The notes beneath the pieces are model-generated. The model was not told the DNA's origin. It saw nothing but the letters and a program-made list of their open reading frames with translations, and made no database searches. Below are positions 36,858 through 50,620 of a DNA stretch of 64,000 nucleotides, piece by piece (position 1 is the first letter of the stretch; every line of letters begins with the position of its first letter). Source of the DNA: Azolla caroliniana (Eukaryota > Plantae > Polypodiophyta); assembly GCA_043228905.1 (NCBI GenBank), contig JBHGNT010000005.1, forward strand, positions 7,006,001-7,070,000, written 5' to 3'. Both the position numbers and the translations under genes were made by a program.

Positions 36858-39800
36858 ATGCTGCGATTCTCTGCAAGCCCCGCCTCTCCTCTCCACGATA
36901 TCTCGCAGACACACTCAAACCTCCATCGTTCCTTCTTCTTGACGAAAGAGAAGAAGACGAAACCACTTTCTTCCTTCTCTGTCTATGCAGGAAAACGAGG
37001 GCCATCTTCACACACTTTAAACAACAAGAGCGAGACAGGCTACTGTAATGGAAATGGTAATGGAGATGGAGATGAAATGTTCAATAAACAAGACAATTCT
37101 GAGAAATGGAACGCTGACAGTGACGAAGAAATGTTGTCTCTGATGGAAGGTTTCCACGATTCGTTTCCAATCATAAGGACATATAGGAATGATCTGTGTA
37201 ATATAGAGATATGCGGTAATGCTGTGCGTTCATCAGTTCTGACAGCTATGGCATCCGATCAGAGCTTCACTGCTTCTTTGAACATGAAGAATAATCGTCC
37301 ACTCACTGTTCTTCAGACTGTTCTTCCTGGTAGCTCTGGTGACCATAGCACAATCTCAACAAAACTTGTAAGCAATTCTTCCCTCAATCAAAATGAGACT
37401 TTTGTTTACGTTGTTTTTCTATGTTCTCCTGCCTTAATCCATGGTAATTCGTCGATTTTCATTTTTTTTTTCACAGCTAATCATTTTTAGCTTGAGTTTT
37501 CATGCTATTACTTGTCGAGCAATGAAAATGAAATTGAATTTCGTATTTTGTCATTGTATGCATTGAAAAACTTGTTTTTTCATGCTGTTTATTATTAATC
37601 AATAAGATTTTGGTAAGTATACATAATATTTCTTCTTAAGCAATAAAAATTATATGATTTTCATTTTTGTTCTTTGTAAGCAATGGAACCTAGGCGAATT
37701 TCATATTCATTCCTCCTAGGTAACGAAAATTAGCTCTATTTTTTCATACCCTTCACAGGAAGCAGTTGATTTTCATTTTCATTCTGCTTAAGTTTTGGAC
37801 CTTAGCTTGATATTAGCTTCCATAGCTTGTGATGTAAATTATGAAGCAAACTAAAGCATAGTTAAAGCAAGAATTTCGTAGAAACTTAGGTGTATTCATA
37901 GCCATAGCTGCTGATGTAATTTGTAATGGTCAAGCTAAAGCTTAGCTGAAGTAAAAACTTATGTAAAGTCCTAATTTTGAGAATTCTGACTGGAAATCAC
38001 AGAATACATCTATCTCCATTTCGTGTTAGTCTCCATAAATCTTGTAAGCTAATATTCTGTCTAGAATACTCAGTTGAAGGAAATTCTTGATGAAAATCCT
38101 ATATTTGAAAACATTACTTTCAGAATGATGTAATATTTTAATTTCTGGATCAATTCCTGCCCACTGCCAAAAGGTTAAGGGACCTGATGACAGGTGAGCC
38201 GGTAGCCTAAGCCCCTGTGAACAGCGGCTATAACTATGACAGTCCTACGGGAACATGAAGATTAGTTAGTCCGATAGACCTTCCTGGAAAAAACAACCAA
38301 GGAAGCGGGGTAATCTTGGTGGTATTGTCTCCTTGAGGGGATCAATGATCAGATAGCAGCCCTCCAACAGGCAAGCTCGTTACAGAAAACCAGGCAAGAG
38401 ACATACCCGGTCCCTAAAGTCTTTCTTGCAGGGGACTGCTCAGCCTTAACCCTATGGAGCTGAAGTAACCCACCCCGCAGTTCTAAGAAAAGCTCGAATG
38501 ACTTTTAAGAAGTGGGTACTTGTACCCAAAACTGATGCAGGTGGATAGGTAGAGAATACCTTGGGGTAGCGAGGCAACTGTCTATAAGGAATACGTTGCT
38601 ATGTCTCCGAACACTCCACCCAATTCATAGCTTATTCAGCCTGGCTTGATTACAAATACCCAATATGATGGAGATCCTTTGCCTGATCCCCCATGCATGT
38701 TCCAGTGGATCACGTTTTACACAGGGCTTGTAAACTTGAATTCTATCAACGATTCGCCTAAGTAATGTAACTTGGATTGGCTAACAGCCATAGCTTGAGA
38801 TGAACAAACCATGAAAGAAAACTTCAATCAAAACTTGTGATAATACCTAACTTGGATGATACTAATTGGACCTTATGTAATGTGTCTTTCTCTCTACCTT
38901 CTGAAACTTTAAAATTTGCAACTGTAACTTGTGCAAGTTTTAGAACTAGGCCATAGTTAAAAGAAAACCTTGATGGGCACTTGTGGTGAAAGCCTAATAT
39001 TTGAGGAAACTAACTGAATCTAGTGTACTACATCTAGCTAGTTCTAACAATATGTTTCTTTCTTTTAGTTTGCACCTAGTTTTCAGGTTGCAGAAAGAGC
39101 AAAGAGGTTATCCCTGCCTAAGGAGTTGTCTTCTAGAGACATTGTTCATAAATTTTTTGAGGCTGTCCATATGCAACAACTTTCTAAAGTTTACATTGAG
39201 CTTTATGCTCCTGGAACCAGAAGGGACACAAGTGCCTTGGAAAGGGATGAAATGGTAAGAATGAAGCAAAAATAATCTGCCTTCCATCATCATTATCATC
39301 ACCATCTCATGAACACGAATCATCAGATTAATGTGCTCATATGGTTTTTTTTCTTTGAAGGCACAAACAGTGTTTAGTTTTGAGTCATCAAGTAAAAGTG
39401 CACTAGATCAATTTGGGAGAGCGGTTACCTTATACGCAATATCAGGTATCAAGGGTAATAATAAACAGAGGAGGTATTTCAAAAGCATGTGGGATACTTG
39501 CCATTGGATTCCTAGTCTACAGTCACCTGTAAGATTCTGTATGCTTTCAACGAAAGAGATTGAAAATCAAGCAAGGAAGCTCAAAGATTCCTCTGTTTTA
39601 TTCGAGGATCCACCTGATTTAAGCAGACTTAACCGATCATGGTGGCCTGTATCTGCTTCTGTAATGAATGCTGCTAGAAAATGTTTGGATAAAGCCACAG
39701 ACAATTGGATCTATGAACACTTGTTCATGCATAAGCTCCAAATTGATACCAGTATACTTGATGTCAGTGTAGTTGGAGGCAATTCATCTTCAAAGGAATC

Positions 39801-42427
39801 AAAAGAAATCCTTTTGACCCATGCTCAAGTGGTATGGCATCAAACCTTGTAACATGAAGCGTATGTCAGCTCCTTTCCTTTTAAGAAATATAAATTTACA
39901 AGGTCCTATGTATCTCACAATAGAATTCAGATATATCTTTGCACATACTGGGCCTCCTGTCAATGAATTTGTCTAGCCATAGTTGACATCTAGTAGCATA
40001 CTGGTAACTTGTGATGAAACATCATGAGTCAAGAGATCATCCTTCAACAAACTAGAGTAAAGGTAGGGTGAACAACACTTTGTCATCTGGAACTCGTCCA
40101 AAGTTTCTTAAATCAACACCTTCTGCAATTCATCCAAAGTTTCTGAGATTGTCATCTAGAATGTTTCCAGAGTTTCTAAAAGGAAAATTGAAAAAATTCT
40201 TTCTTCTCATGTCAGGTGGATTTGGCAAATGCATTGGACCTGTATTATGAAGACAGATTTACCCTTTCAGATAAAATCCTCCAATGCGGGGCTGTCATAG
40301 ATTTTCAAGATGTGCCTAGGAGTAAGGTAGACTTTTAAATTACTTGTATGATCAGGACATGGGAAAAAATGTTTCTAAGTATCAATGATTGTATGTCTTA
40401 TGTGTTGAAGGTGGCCAAATTTCTCGATGCAACCACTGTTGGTGGTATGATCCTTGGGATTGGGATTTTTGCATGGCTTGTGGCTGCACGAATGAGAAAA
40501 CCCTCTGGATTGTTAAGCGAAATCCCAACGTTGAATACCAAAACAACAGTCGCAAAATCTGAACAATCTTCTACCATTGAGCGAAATCAAGAAGTATAAG
40601 ATTTTTAAGCCTTAAGTTTGATTCAGAACCTGATACTTCCGATGGTTTTAGGTTTATATCTAAAAGGATGCTTATTACAGCTATCCATTCCCATAAATGA
40701 ACAAATTTCTGGAGCTGAAATGGAATTCCTTTGCAAATTAGTTGCCACCAAATTGGTGGAGGCATTTTCATGGGAACTTAAAATTCAAAGCTGTGTTGGA
40801 GAAGGTGCCTGGACGACTTGCAGCAGCCAATCTAATTCTCTTGAAGTATCCACTGAGGTGATGGGTGAACAATCTGCTTCTATAAGAGGAGATTCAAAAT
40901 ATGAGACAGAAGATGGTCCGGTTGAACTATCTGTATTAAATCTTCAGAATGCAGATATCCCAAGGATAAATGATCAGGAAAGGCTAATTTATCAGGTAAA
41001 GCATAATCTCTTTTTCTATCAAGTTTTACTGGTATAACCTTTAGTCACTTCAGTTTGTACATAAATGAGCAGTTTCCGAAGATGGAACCAAGGAACTACC
41101 AATATGTCTGATATCTTCATTAATAGGGCATGAATGACCAGGCAATAATATGTAGTCAGGACAAGATGAATGGATGTCAACCTGAAAAGATAATTTCAAA
41201 TAATCTAGATGTTGCTCTATAAATGACCCACAGCATGTGTTTGTATCTTTGAACTCACTTTTCCTTCACCACTCTGGGTTATTTGATTATCCTACCTTAT
41301 TGTCAACTTACTCTTTGTTGGTATCAGAGCCCAAGTTTCTGATCCATCTACTGCAATTTTAAACTTTTCTTAGTTTTCTATTGTCCAGTGACCCTTTTAT
41401 GTTGTCCACTTTTTCCACCCTATCTTTGTATGTAATTATATACCTAATTTATTTAAAGGTATATAGAGTGGGCGAGAGTGAGCATCCATGTTTCACACCA
41501 AATCAATCAAGCCACTACATTTAACATCCTATTAGAAGTGCAGACTTCTCTTGATATAGATCCTCAATTCTATATGTTCCGGGACCATGATGACCTATAT
41601 TTTTTGCATGAGTCAATCACATGATAATGTGTTAAAGGCTGTGCAGAAGTCCATAAATCAACAATACATTTCCTGTATGAGTTCTACTATTCAATAAGGA
41701 CTGTTAGGGCTCATATGTAATCCTCGGTGGCGAACCCCTTATTGAATAAGGGGTGTTGTGTGAACCCCTACCTGCTTGTGCTGCTAAGTGCCATCCATTT
41801 ATCGCTCTCAACTGGCTAACATTGAGTCTAGGATCAAGCCACATAGTTGGGCCAAGTAGTGGTCAATCTTGCTAATCGTCTTGTTTCTAGGGATAATGGC
41901 AGCTCTACTCTTGGTAAATGGTAGTAGGGAAACCTTCACGTATGTTCAGAACATATCCAATATATATGTCCTCCAATGTGACAATTGCATGTTTTGGTAG
42001 TTCTCTTACTAATGCGTTTTCTGAGAAAAAGAGTGGTTTTTTGTTAACTATAGGTTGCCATTTCAAGGGATGGAACCATTCTAGGTTTTCAACCACTAAA
42101 TAGAGCAGCTGTTTCTAAGTGGGCTATTATGCCATTTGTGCCAATTTTATATGGTAAACAAAAGCTTGCTCTAGGTATATTTCTCAACCCTCCGTTTTTA
42201 TATATGTGTAATTTTGGGCTCCTGTGTAATTGTGGCCTTGTCATTTCCTTTATTTTCATTTCTTTCCATCTCTCTCAAAATGTTTTCACTGTCGTTTTTA
42301 TTTGGCAGGATTTTGGGAATGGCCATTAAAATATAGATCTAAACCGAGAAATGCAGTGATTCTGGAATTGAATATATCTATGGATATAGCTTCCCCATAT
42401 GCATCAGTTAAGCCAGTTGCTTTGTAA
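36858..42427 (+). CDS. ANU10: ANU10 (ANGULATA10/At1g28530)-like plastid protein; exons 36858-37367, 39069-39254, 39361-39831, 40216-40326, 40411-40593, 40681-40995, 42054-42174, 42309-42427
   Basis: All exons join in frame via GT-AG; Ser-rich transit-peptide-like N-terminus; one TM segment. Motifs PIIRTYRNDL, HSTISTKL|FAP, LTHAQV|VDLANALDLYYED and GTILGFQPLNRAAVSKWA are recalled as typical of this family (from memory, not a search). Exon 5/6 boundaries are less certain. Confidence 0.75.
38156..38591 (+). other. NUPT: degenerate chloroplast 23S rRNA fragments (38156-38250 and 38452-38591) in intron 1
   Basis: gacctgatgacagg.gagccgg...gcccc.gtgaac.gcggc..taactat.ac.gtccta.gg and gctgaagtaaccc...gtacccaaaactgatgcaggtggataggtagagaatacc match plastid rrn23 as recalled. 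Confidence 0.8.
41100..41330 (+). mobile_element. Possible LTR remnant with PBS in intron 6
   Basis: TGGTATCAGAGC at 41319-41330 preceded by TATA-like ctataaat; ends not resolvable. Confidence 0.4.
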
Positions 42428-42886
42428 TGGGTAAAATTTCCTGATGGAAGATTTACTCAAACCTCATTCTTGAGATAGTTTTGCATTTGGTGTGTATGGA
42501 ACAAAGGGAAAGTAAATCTGTGGGAGGACGTGCTGCTTAGCTCTAAATTATTTCCCCTTTTGTAATATTGGTATCCCTTCCCTAAAGGTCATTAAACTAC
42601 AAATGCTGTTTAGAAAGTAAAGTTCAGCCTCGTCTACAGGCTCACATCTGTTGTAAGATATTTTTCACCTGAACTGTAATTGATATTTCTTTTACACAAC
42701 TTATATGTTTCTTTCTTTGGCATCTCCAGTCTTTCAGGAAATGATATTTCGTTCTTTGACATCTCTGATGAATGAATGGGTGCATCCAAGGCTGAGGTCT
42801 ACAAGTGAAAGGCTTTGATCAAATGCCACAATTTTAAATAAATAGTAGTACATACGGTACATTTGCTTTTGGTCTTTAGAAAAACA

Positions 42887-43095
42887 AAAGATCAGTGGAA
42901 GTGATAATAATTGGAATGTTAATGAATGAATTGGTCAAGAGGATAGTGGAGATAAGATAGGGACAAGAATGGCATACAAATTTCATGGAAAGATCAGCGG
43001 AAGTGATCATAATTGGAATGTTAATGAATGAATTGGTCAAGAGGATAGTGAAGATAAGATAGGGACAAGAATGGTATACAAATTTCATGGAAAGA
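42887..43095. repeat. Two-copy 102-bp tandem duplication
   Basis: aaagatcag.ggaagtgat.ataattggaatgttaatg... at 42887 and 42989. Confidence 0.9.
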
Positions 43096-45362
43096 GGGTA
43101 GTATCAGATTTCAAAATTGACTCCCGTGTTTCTCTTACATAGTTGAGATACCACTCACCTTGCAGCATGAAGCTGCCCATTGACTTAAATTTAGCAAAGT
43201 GATCCATTTCAGCGACTCTTGTAACTTAAGCTAGTCCTAACTTGGACAACTAGCGAGATTTAAGCAATAATTGAATCTTAGGAGAGTTCCCACTTTGGTC
43301 AACTCTGAATGTTTAGATGTGTCCTCAATGTGGATGATTCATAGTTCTCGTACATAGATAAATCATTGAATTGCCCCTTATAAAATTTCAGTTAGTTCAT
43401 TTCGACAACTCCTAAAACTATGCATGTATTGATTTAAGTGAGTGCCAACTTAATGCAAATGATGACTTAGATTGCTGTGGTTAATGATGGGTGCCTCAAA
43501 AAAATATTCTTCGAAGTTGCCTTATTATTTATGACCCATGAATTAGCTCATGGGTTTTTGCTCCATCTTTTCTTATGCCAATTATTTGTACTATTTTTTT
43601 GTCTATTGGAGATCTTTTGTTGTCTATTTATGGATTAAAGCTCTAGAGCTAAACAATCCTTCACATTATGTTGGAAACAATCCTCAAGCTAATCTTTGTT
43701 GGAAACTCGAAAATGAGAGTAATAATGGCACTAGCAACAAATTACAAGTTATGGCATTTCAAACATTATTTTGGGGATACTTACTAAATTAAAGTGCTAG
43801 ACTTTCCAAGACATTTTTTTAAATAAGATTTTAAAACTTTCTTTGACGTTGCATAATCTCCGACACTTATGTAAATTGTGCTACAATTTTAGTAATTTAG
43901 AAATTGCAAAATAATGTAAATACTGAAATTTCTTACTTATGAACATTTGATAGTTGGCTATCATATCATGTTCACTTCTTTGTTTCACCATATATGTGTT
44001 ATATTTTTAGTTTGTAGTGCTTACTTATTTTCAAACACTAGGTAAGATTTTTTTGTAAGGAATCATGTGTTACTTATTTAGCAAAAATCAAGACCAATTG
44101 AGACAGTACGATAGGATGGTTCTAGGAACGTATTATGTGTGGGTGCAACCAATGCAAGAATTAGACTAGTCAAAAACAACAAATCACAATGGATCATGTG
44201 TAGAAATGAAAAGTATGGCATTGGGGCATTTGAGAGAAATTATGAAATTTAAATGATGATGAATCAAATACTGTATTGTTTTTTATATTCTAAAATCTAG
44301 TCTTTAATTTGTAAGAATTGCATATATATAGTTTTAAAATTTATAGTTAATTTAGTTCATATTTACTTTGGTTGATACAATATCATGTTGATATAGTTCA
44401 AGGCCTTTCCATAACAAACAAGAGAATAAGAAAGGCCAAAGAGGTTGTACTCTCATGGGCTTATTAAATTTATTAACATGTAGGGAGTGTCACTAGTGTG
44501 AATTCGATTTTTTTGAAGGATAATGTTATGCCTAAATCTTGTGGTAGTGCAAAGAAAGATTTATCATCATATGTGAGATTAGATTATAACATGGTTTCAT
44601 GTTTGTCCAAAAATGATTACTCCTTGCTTTGCAAATATTATCTTGACAATAACATTTTCCCAACTTTGTCGTGCAAACCATTGCTGCCCAGACCTTTAAG
44701 GAGGTAATATGTTGTTAAAGTGCTAAGGCATTCTCCGCTTACTCCCTAGTTAAGGCATCATAACATCTTTCAGTATCCTTATCAGAAGTTTATTTCGTAC
44801 TCAAGTATTATTTGTGAGAACCATGTTACAGGCATAACCTTATAGAACATCACATGTTCCCACATATCATAGGTCCATATCGATTTGTCCCAGATCCTAG
44901 GGTAATTGTTTCTTGACTATCCTACCCTTAAACCATTAAATTTAGCTATAAATTTGGTACATAAAGTTATGCCTATCCACCTCCAAATTAGTGTGCGGGG
45001 ACATCCACCATCAACCTTTCTATTATTAAGGTGGGCATGATTGTGTCAATTTCCATTTAGCCAATAATGCATAAATTAACTCAAAAGTAAATTCTAGTCA
45101 CAAACACACAAGACATGACCTTTTACTTAATCACGAAGGGACTTTATCACGTTGCCATGCACTTGGTACAAGAATGAAGAGATAATAAATGAACTACTAA
45201 GATTCCATTAGTCTCCACACGTTATTACAAGTTATTAAAGATACAATAAAAAGGTTATTAACTTTATAATAAGGAGAATGATTAAGAGGATTGTGTGTGT
45301 GTGTGTTTAGGGTTTAGGATAGAATAATAAGGTTATTAACTTTATAATAAGGAGAATGATTA

Positions 45363-45423
<61 letters not shown>

Positions 45424-45590
45424 GCTTAAGATTTAGCTTTAGTGAGGGCCTTTAAATAAGGCCTAGTAAAAGGTTTATCATTCACCTTTATACTTCTTAC
45501 TTATTACAACTATGTCTAAGGTTATGGATATTACCTTTCTACCCCATTATAATGTTAGCTTCTCTCTCTAACCCTTTAGTGTAATTACCT

Positions 45591-45650
45591 TACCCTAGTG
45601 GTAAGTTGTTAGCACTACAAGCATTGCGTTGTGGGTTCAAAACCCAATTT
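45591..45650 (+). mobile_element. Degenerate tRNA-like (SINE-type) head
   Basis: A-box-like taccctagtgg 45591-45601 and B-box ggttcaaaacc 45634-45644. Confidence 0.45.
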
Positions 45651-45696
45651 CTTCATCGCTCTATTATATACTTCTTATATATCTCTTAATTCACTA

Positions 45697-45782
45697 GATG
45701 CCACTGTGGAATGTAGGGGTTGAACCCATGACCACCTGGTCTCCATTGGGCAACCTTACCAACTGAACTACATCCATCTAGG
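45697..45782 (-). mobile_element. tRNA-derived SINE-like head preceded by (GA)n
   Basis: Minus strand GGATGTAGTTCAGTTGGTAAG...GGTTCAACCCCTACATTCC: A box, B box and a pairing acceptor-like stem, but no proper anticodon arm. Confidence 0.6.
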
Positions 45783-45826
<44 letters not shown>

Positions 45827-45997
45827 ATTGGGGGGTTTTAACTGAGGAAGAACCCTTGTAAAAGGTTTATCGTTCACCTTTATACCTCCTCCTTAGTTGA
45901 CTAAATTACAACTATGTCCCATTTACAATTGGGATTGTATAAGGTTATGGATATTACCTTTCTATCCCATTACAATGTTAGGTTATGTGTGTGTGTC

Positions 45998-46107
45998 TCA
46001 CACAATTATATTAATTGTATGTAAAATCCACTTGTTACAACTTCTTAGTCTCCTCTCCCTAGGGACATCTCGTAAAGCCAATAGAAAACATGAATATGCA
46101 CTCGAGT
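45998..46107 (-). mobile_element. Short 3' tail of the LINE family seen at 32417
   Basis: cacacaattatattaattgtatgtaaaatccactt.gttacaac..ttcttagtctcctct nearly identical to 32425-32486. Confidence 0.85.
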
Positions 46108-46206
46108 TCTCTCTCTCTCTCTCTCTCTCTCTCATGAATGGGTAAATATCCCATTTTTTGTTGTAAGCCATTTGTCTCATGGGCCAATTTTGGCCTTAGA
46201 AGATGT

Positions 46207-46250
<44 letters not shown>

Positions 46251-48810
46251 TAATGGCTTTCATTACGAAAGAAAAAACACCACCATGACTAACTTACTAC
46301 AAAGTATGGAACCCTTCTATCTAGGGATCTAAAGAATACTACGACACCAAACTCAATGCTACCCTACACACCAATTCAAATGGCAAATATGATGATATGT
46401 GACCTTGCAGAGTTCTCTCTCTTCCTAGTTGAGATTTCGTGACTTCTCTGGCATTGTCATTTACCACAAAAGAAGTCCTTTTAACTTAAGAACATATTTT
46501 CTCACCCCAACTTGGGAATAAAAAATGAAGGCATTCTGCATATTCCAATTCAACCATAGCCCCCAATACCTCAAGAACTCAAAATTAATTTGAAAATGAG
46601 GCATCGGTTCATTGTTCTCCATATGCGCAAAAACCCAACTAAAGGAAGATAGACTTACTCTTGTTAGAGACATCCACACTAAACTGATACACCTCCAAAC
46701 CATCCTTTCCATCGGGCATGAAATAAATCGATGCCTACTATGTTCCAATTCCACAAAACAAAAGAAACACAATCTTTTAGTAATGTTTCTTTTTTTTAAT
46801 GCATCCCCTAATGGTAAAGCTCCAACCATAACTCTCCAAATAAATACCTTGGCTCGTAGCATCAATCGAGAACACCAACCTGCCTTGATCACATAAAACC
46901 ACCAAGTAATGGGCTTATGAAAACCCCATATCTTTATAACCCTTTCTTCCAACCACTTATGTTTGTCAATCAACTTGTGATAAGCAACATTCGTTGAGAT
47001 CGTAGTCAATCTCTTATTTCCAACAAACCTCCAATCAAGCTCTTGAGATCGCCCATCTAAATCAGGAATTGGCTCATGCGAAGATAGTATTTGTTGCAAC
47101 TTATCCCAAATAAAGTTATAACCTTTTGGAATACGAAATGTTGATCTTATTGTTCGAAAAGCCATTAATCTTCTTTGTGAAACCAACATAGCATCCTTAA
47201 CTCTTACCAAACCCAATCTAGCCATCCGATTAAATTGAAGGTTAAGAATTTGTTTACCTTCCCACCTCAACAACCTTGATGTTGCCAAAACCTCCATTTG
47301 TAATGAATTGGCACATCCCCTTTCTTGTGGGGGATGCCATTCCACAAAATCCAACATACTTTGCCAAGATGTCAACAAATGATTAACTATCATAGACCCT
47401 GTACATTTGACATCCCTGTCAGAATTAATTACATTCCACCAATTCGCTTCAACCTTCATGTTTCCGAGCTTTATTCCGTTCTTCTCTATAAAGTATGCCA
47501 CCATTTCTGTCCAAGGTTGTACACCTTCAAACATGAATCGAATGAAAATAAATCGACGAGCCACCATATGCTCATATAGATTCAATATTGATGCCCCACC
47601 AAGACGCTTAAGAGTACAAACATGATCCCATGCCAACCATGACAAGGCACTTTTCCCTTTTCTTTTCCATAACAACATTCGCATCGAGCGTGACAACATT
47701 TCAAGAGCTTTCTTTGACCATGGGAGCAAAGGAAGATAATAAGATACCATAGAGACCATAATCGATTGGACCACCTTAAGTCGTACATGAAAAGGCCAAA
47801 ATTGAGACCTCCAATACATAAACTTATCCTCCAACCTTTTGGATACCCACTCAATAAGTTTCACATGAGAAACTTCCACCCCAATTGAATATCCAAGATG
47901 ACGACAAATCATACCACGATGTACTATCCTTCCTGACCACCCCAACCCTAACACATCTTGTTCTGTACATGAAATGAGGACAGATTTATGTATATTAATT
48001 CTCAACCCCGAAGCCTTTGAAAACAATTCCCACACGTCTCTTGTCTTACTAATATTTTCCCGATTAGGTGCCAAAAACATAATATGGTCATCTGCGAGAG
48101 CTTGAACAATACATGGCTTCCCTGATGGCAACCTTAGTCCAAGCAATTCTTCTCCCGTAGCCATATTGTGTAACTTAACAAGAATAGGATGTGTCACAAT
48201 AGTGAATAGTAAAGGACGTACCGGGCATCCTTGTCTAACTGACCTCCGAATAGAAATTGGTTGGGTTACTCCTCCATTAAACATCACATGTGAAACCGAA
48301 CCATCCCCTAATGTGTATATCAACTTAGACATACGATCACCAAAACCCATATGAGACATCAATTGATTTATAAATGACCAATCCACATTATCATAGGCTT
48401 TCTCGATATCCAATTGTAGCAACACTAATTCTTGTTTAGACTCCTTTGCATAGTCAATTGCCATTTGAACATTTAAAATATTATGTAAAATGTCTCTTTT
48501 TGCTAAAAACCCATATTGAGCATTATGAATAATAGAAGGTAAAACCTTATGCAACCTATTGGCCATCACTTTTGCAAAAATCTTGTACATTCCCCCTATC
48601 AATGAAATAGGCCTCCATTGAGCAAAGGAAGATGGAGAAGGTACCTTCGGCAAAAGCTTGATCAAACCAATCTTCCAAGAATGAGGCATTTCCCCTGATG
48701 TCCACACCTTCTGAAATAAAATCGTAAAAGGCCCCTTTAACTTAATCACATATTTCTTAAAGAGTTCATGTGTTAATCCATCCCACCCAGGACTCTTATC
48801 ATTAGCAAGA

Positions 48811-49649
48811 TGTGACATGACATGTTCCACCTCATCCTCTGAAATATTAGCATCTAATGATTGTGCCACATCATGCGATACATGATTTTTCACTCCATTA
48901 AAAAATACATCTCCATCCTTTTTAACATTATCATCGATACACACTTGTACATCCAACAATTGTGTATAATATTCTATGCATTTCTTCACAATTTCTTGAG
49001 GATCGGAACACATGATACCATTTTCCTCTAACCTTACCACATTATGTCGTGCATGTGATTCATAAAGGTCATGGAAAAACTTATGTGATTGTGACATGAC
49101 ATGTTCCACCTCATCCTCTGAAATATTAGCATCTAATGATTGTGCCACATCATGCGATACATGATTTTTCACTCCATTAAAAAATACATCTCCATCCTTT
49201 TTAACATTATCATCGATACACACTTGTACATCCAACAATTGTGTATAATATTCTATGCATTTCTTCACAATTTCTTGAGGATCGGAACACATGATACCAT
49301 TTTCCTCTAACCTTACCACATTATGTCGTGCATGTGATTCATAAAGGTCATGGAAAAACTTATGTGATTGTGACATGACATGTTCCACCTCATCCTCTGA
49401 AATATTAGCATCTAATGATTGTGCCACATCATGCGATACATGATTTTTCACTCCATTAAAAAATACATCTCCATCCTTTTTAACATTATCATCGATACAC
49501 ACTTGTACATCCAACAATTGTGTATAATATTCTATGCATTTCTTCACAATTTCTTGAGGATCGGAACACATGATACCATTTTCCTCTAACCTTACCACAT
49601 TATGTCGTGCATGTGATTCATAAAGGTCATGGAAAAACTTATGTGATTG
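48811..49649. repeat. Three apparently identical 279-bp in-frame tandem copies within LINE-C ORF2
   Basis: Units start at 48811, 49090 and 49369; the 93-aa block QSHKFF...EVEHVMS is repeated. Confidence 0.97.
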
Positions 49650-50620
49650 ACAATTAGCATCATCCACTTCTTGTCTTAGACGATGTAGTCTAGCATGTTG
49701 ATAATTTTTTGCCATTAGGTCATGCATCGCAGAAATTAATACCTCTTGATATCCCATCAACTCTACATCCGTTGGCCAATAAGTTAACAATGAGTTGCAT
49801 TTATCAAGCAAATTAACTAGGAGACTTAATTTCTTTCTCCTTTTAAAAGCATGGTGAATTCCATAATATCTAGTTAACCTCTAAACATTTGCAACAAATA
49901 CTTCCCACGCTTCATACCCATCAAATTGAACACGATAGGCAAATACATCAATCAATTGACACATATAGGCATGGAAGACCTCATGATCCAAAAATGATGA
50001 ATTAAAAATCAACGGTGATTTTCCTAAAAACTCATGAAAACCTCTAATTGAGTGGTGATTGAACTCAAAAATTAATGGGAAATGATCTGATATAATTGAC
50101 CCATAAGACACTGAAATATCCAAAATCTCTGGTAAAAAACCTTCGGTATGCATTACATACATTCGATCCAACCTACTCCAAGTATCCTTATATTGAGCCG
50201 ATTGAAAGGTATAACCAGGTTCATCTCCCTTGATCCATTTCCATACATCCCTTAACATGACTTCAGTCTCAAAATCTCTCCATTCTTGAGCCTCTGGTCC
50301 ATCCATAATAGAGTGGATAGATGTTGATTGATTTGTCTCACAACAAACATTAAAATCTCCCATCAATAAACCTGGTCTACCATTATGAAGCACTGAGTTT
50401 AGAGATCTCCATAACAACTTTCGTTCTTGTGAAACATTTGATGCATACACACCAACTAACCAAATAGCTTGCCCTTCATAACATATCTCTACCACAATCA
50501 ATCTTCCAAATTCATCTGAAACAATTACTTTTGGGTGAAATTTATCTCTTATAAACATGACAATCCCAGAATAATCCCCATGAACCTTGCCAGCATAACA
50601 TAATTTATAACCCTTAGAAT

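Noticed and set aside
38156-38591. Functional rRNA gene, or a hammerhead ribozyme at CTGATGA (38184)
   Set aside because: The fragments are short, mutated and out of order; CTGATGA is native rrn23 sequence and lacks hammerhead stems.
45306-45318. Interstitial telomere (tttagggtttagg; also telo-boxes at ~33903-34060)
   Set aside because: Only 1-2 units, which is expected by chance or as dispersed telo-boxes.
45708-45775. Functional tRNA gene
   Set aside because: No canonical anticodon arm and the acceptor stem is misregistered; treated as SINE-like.
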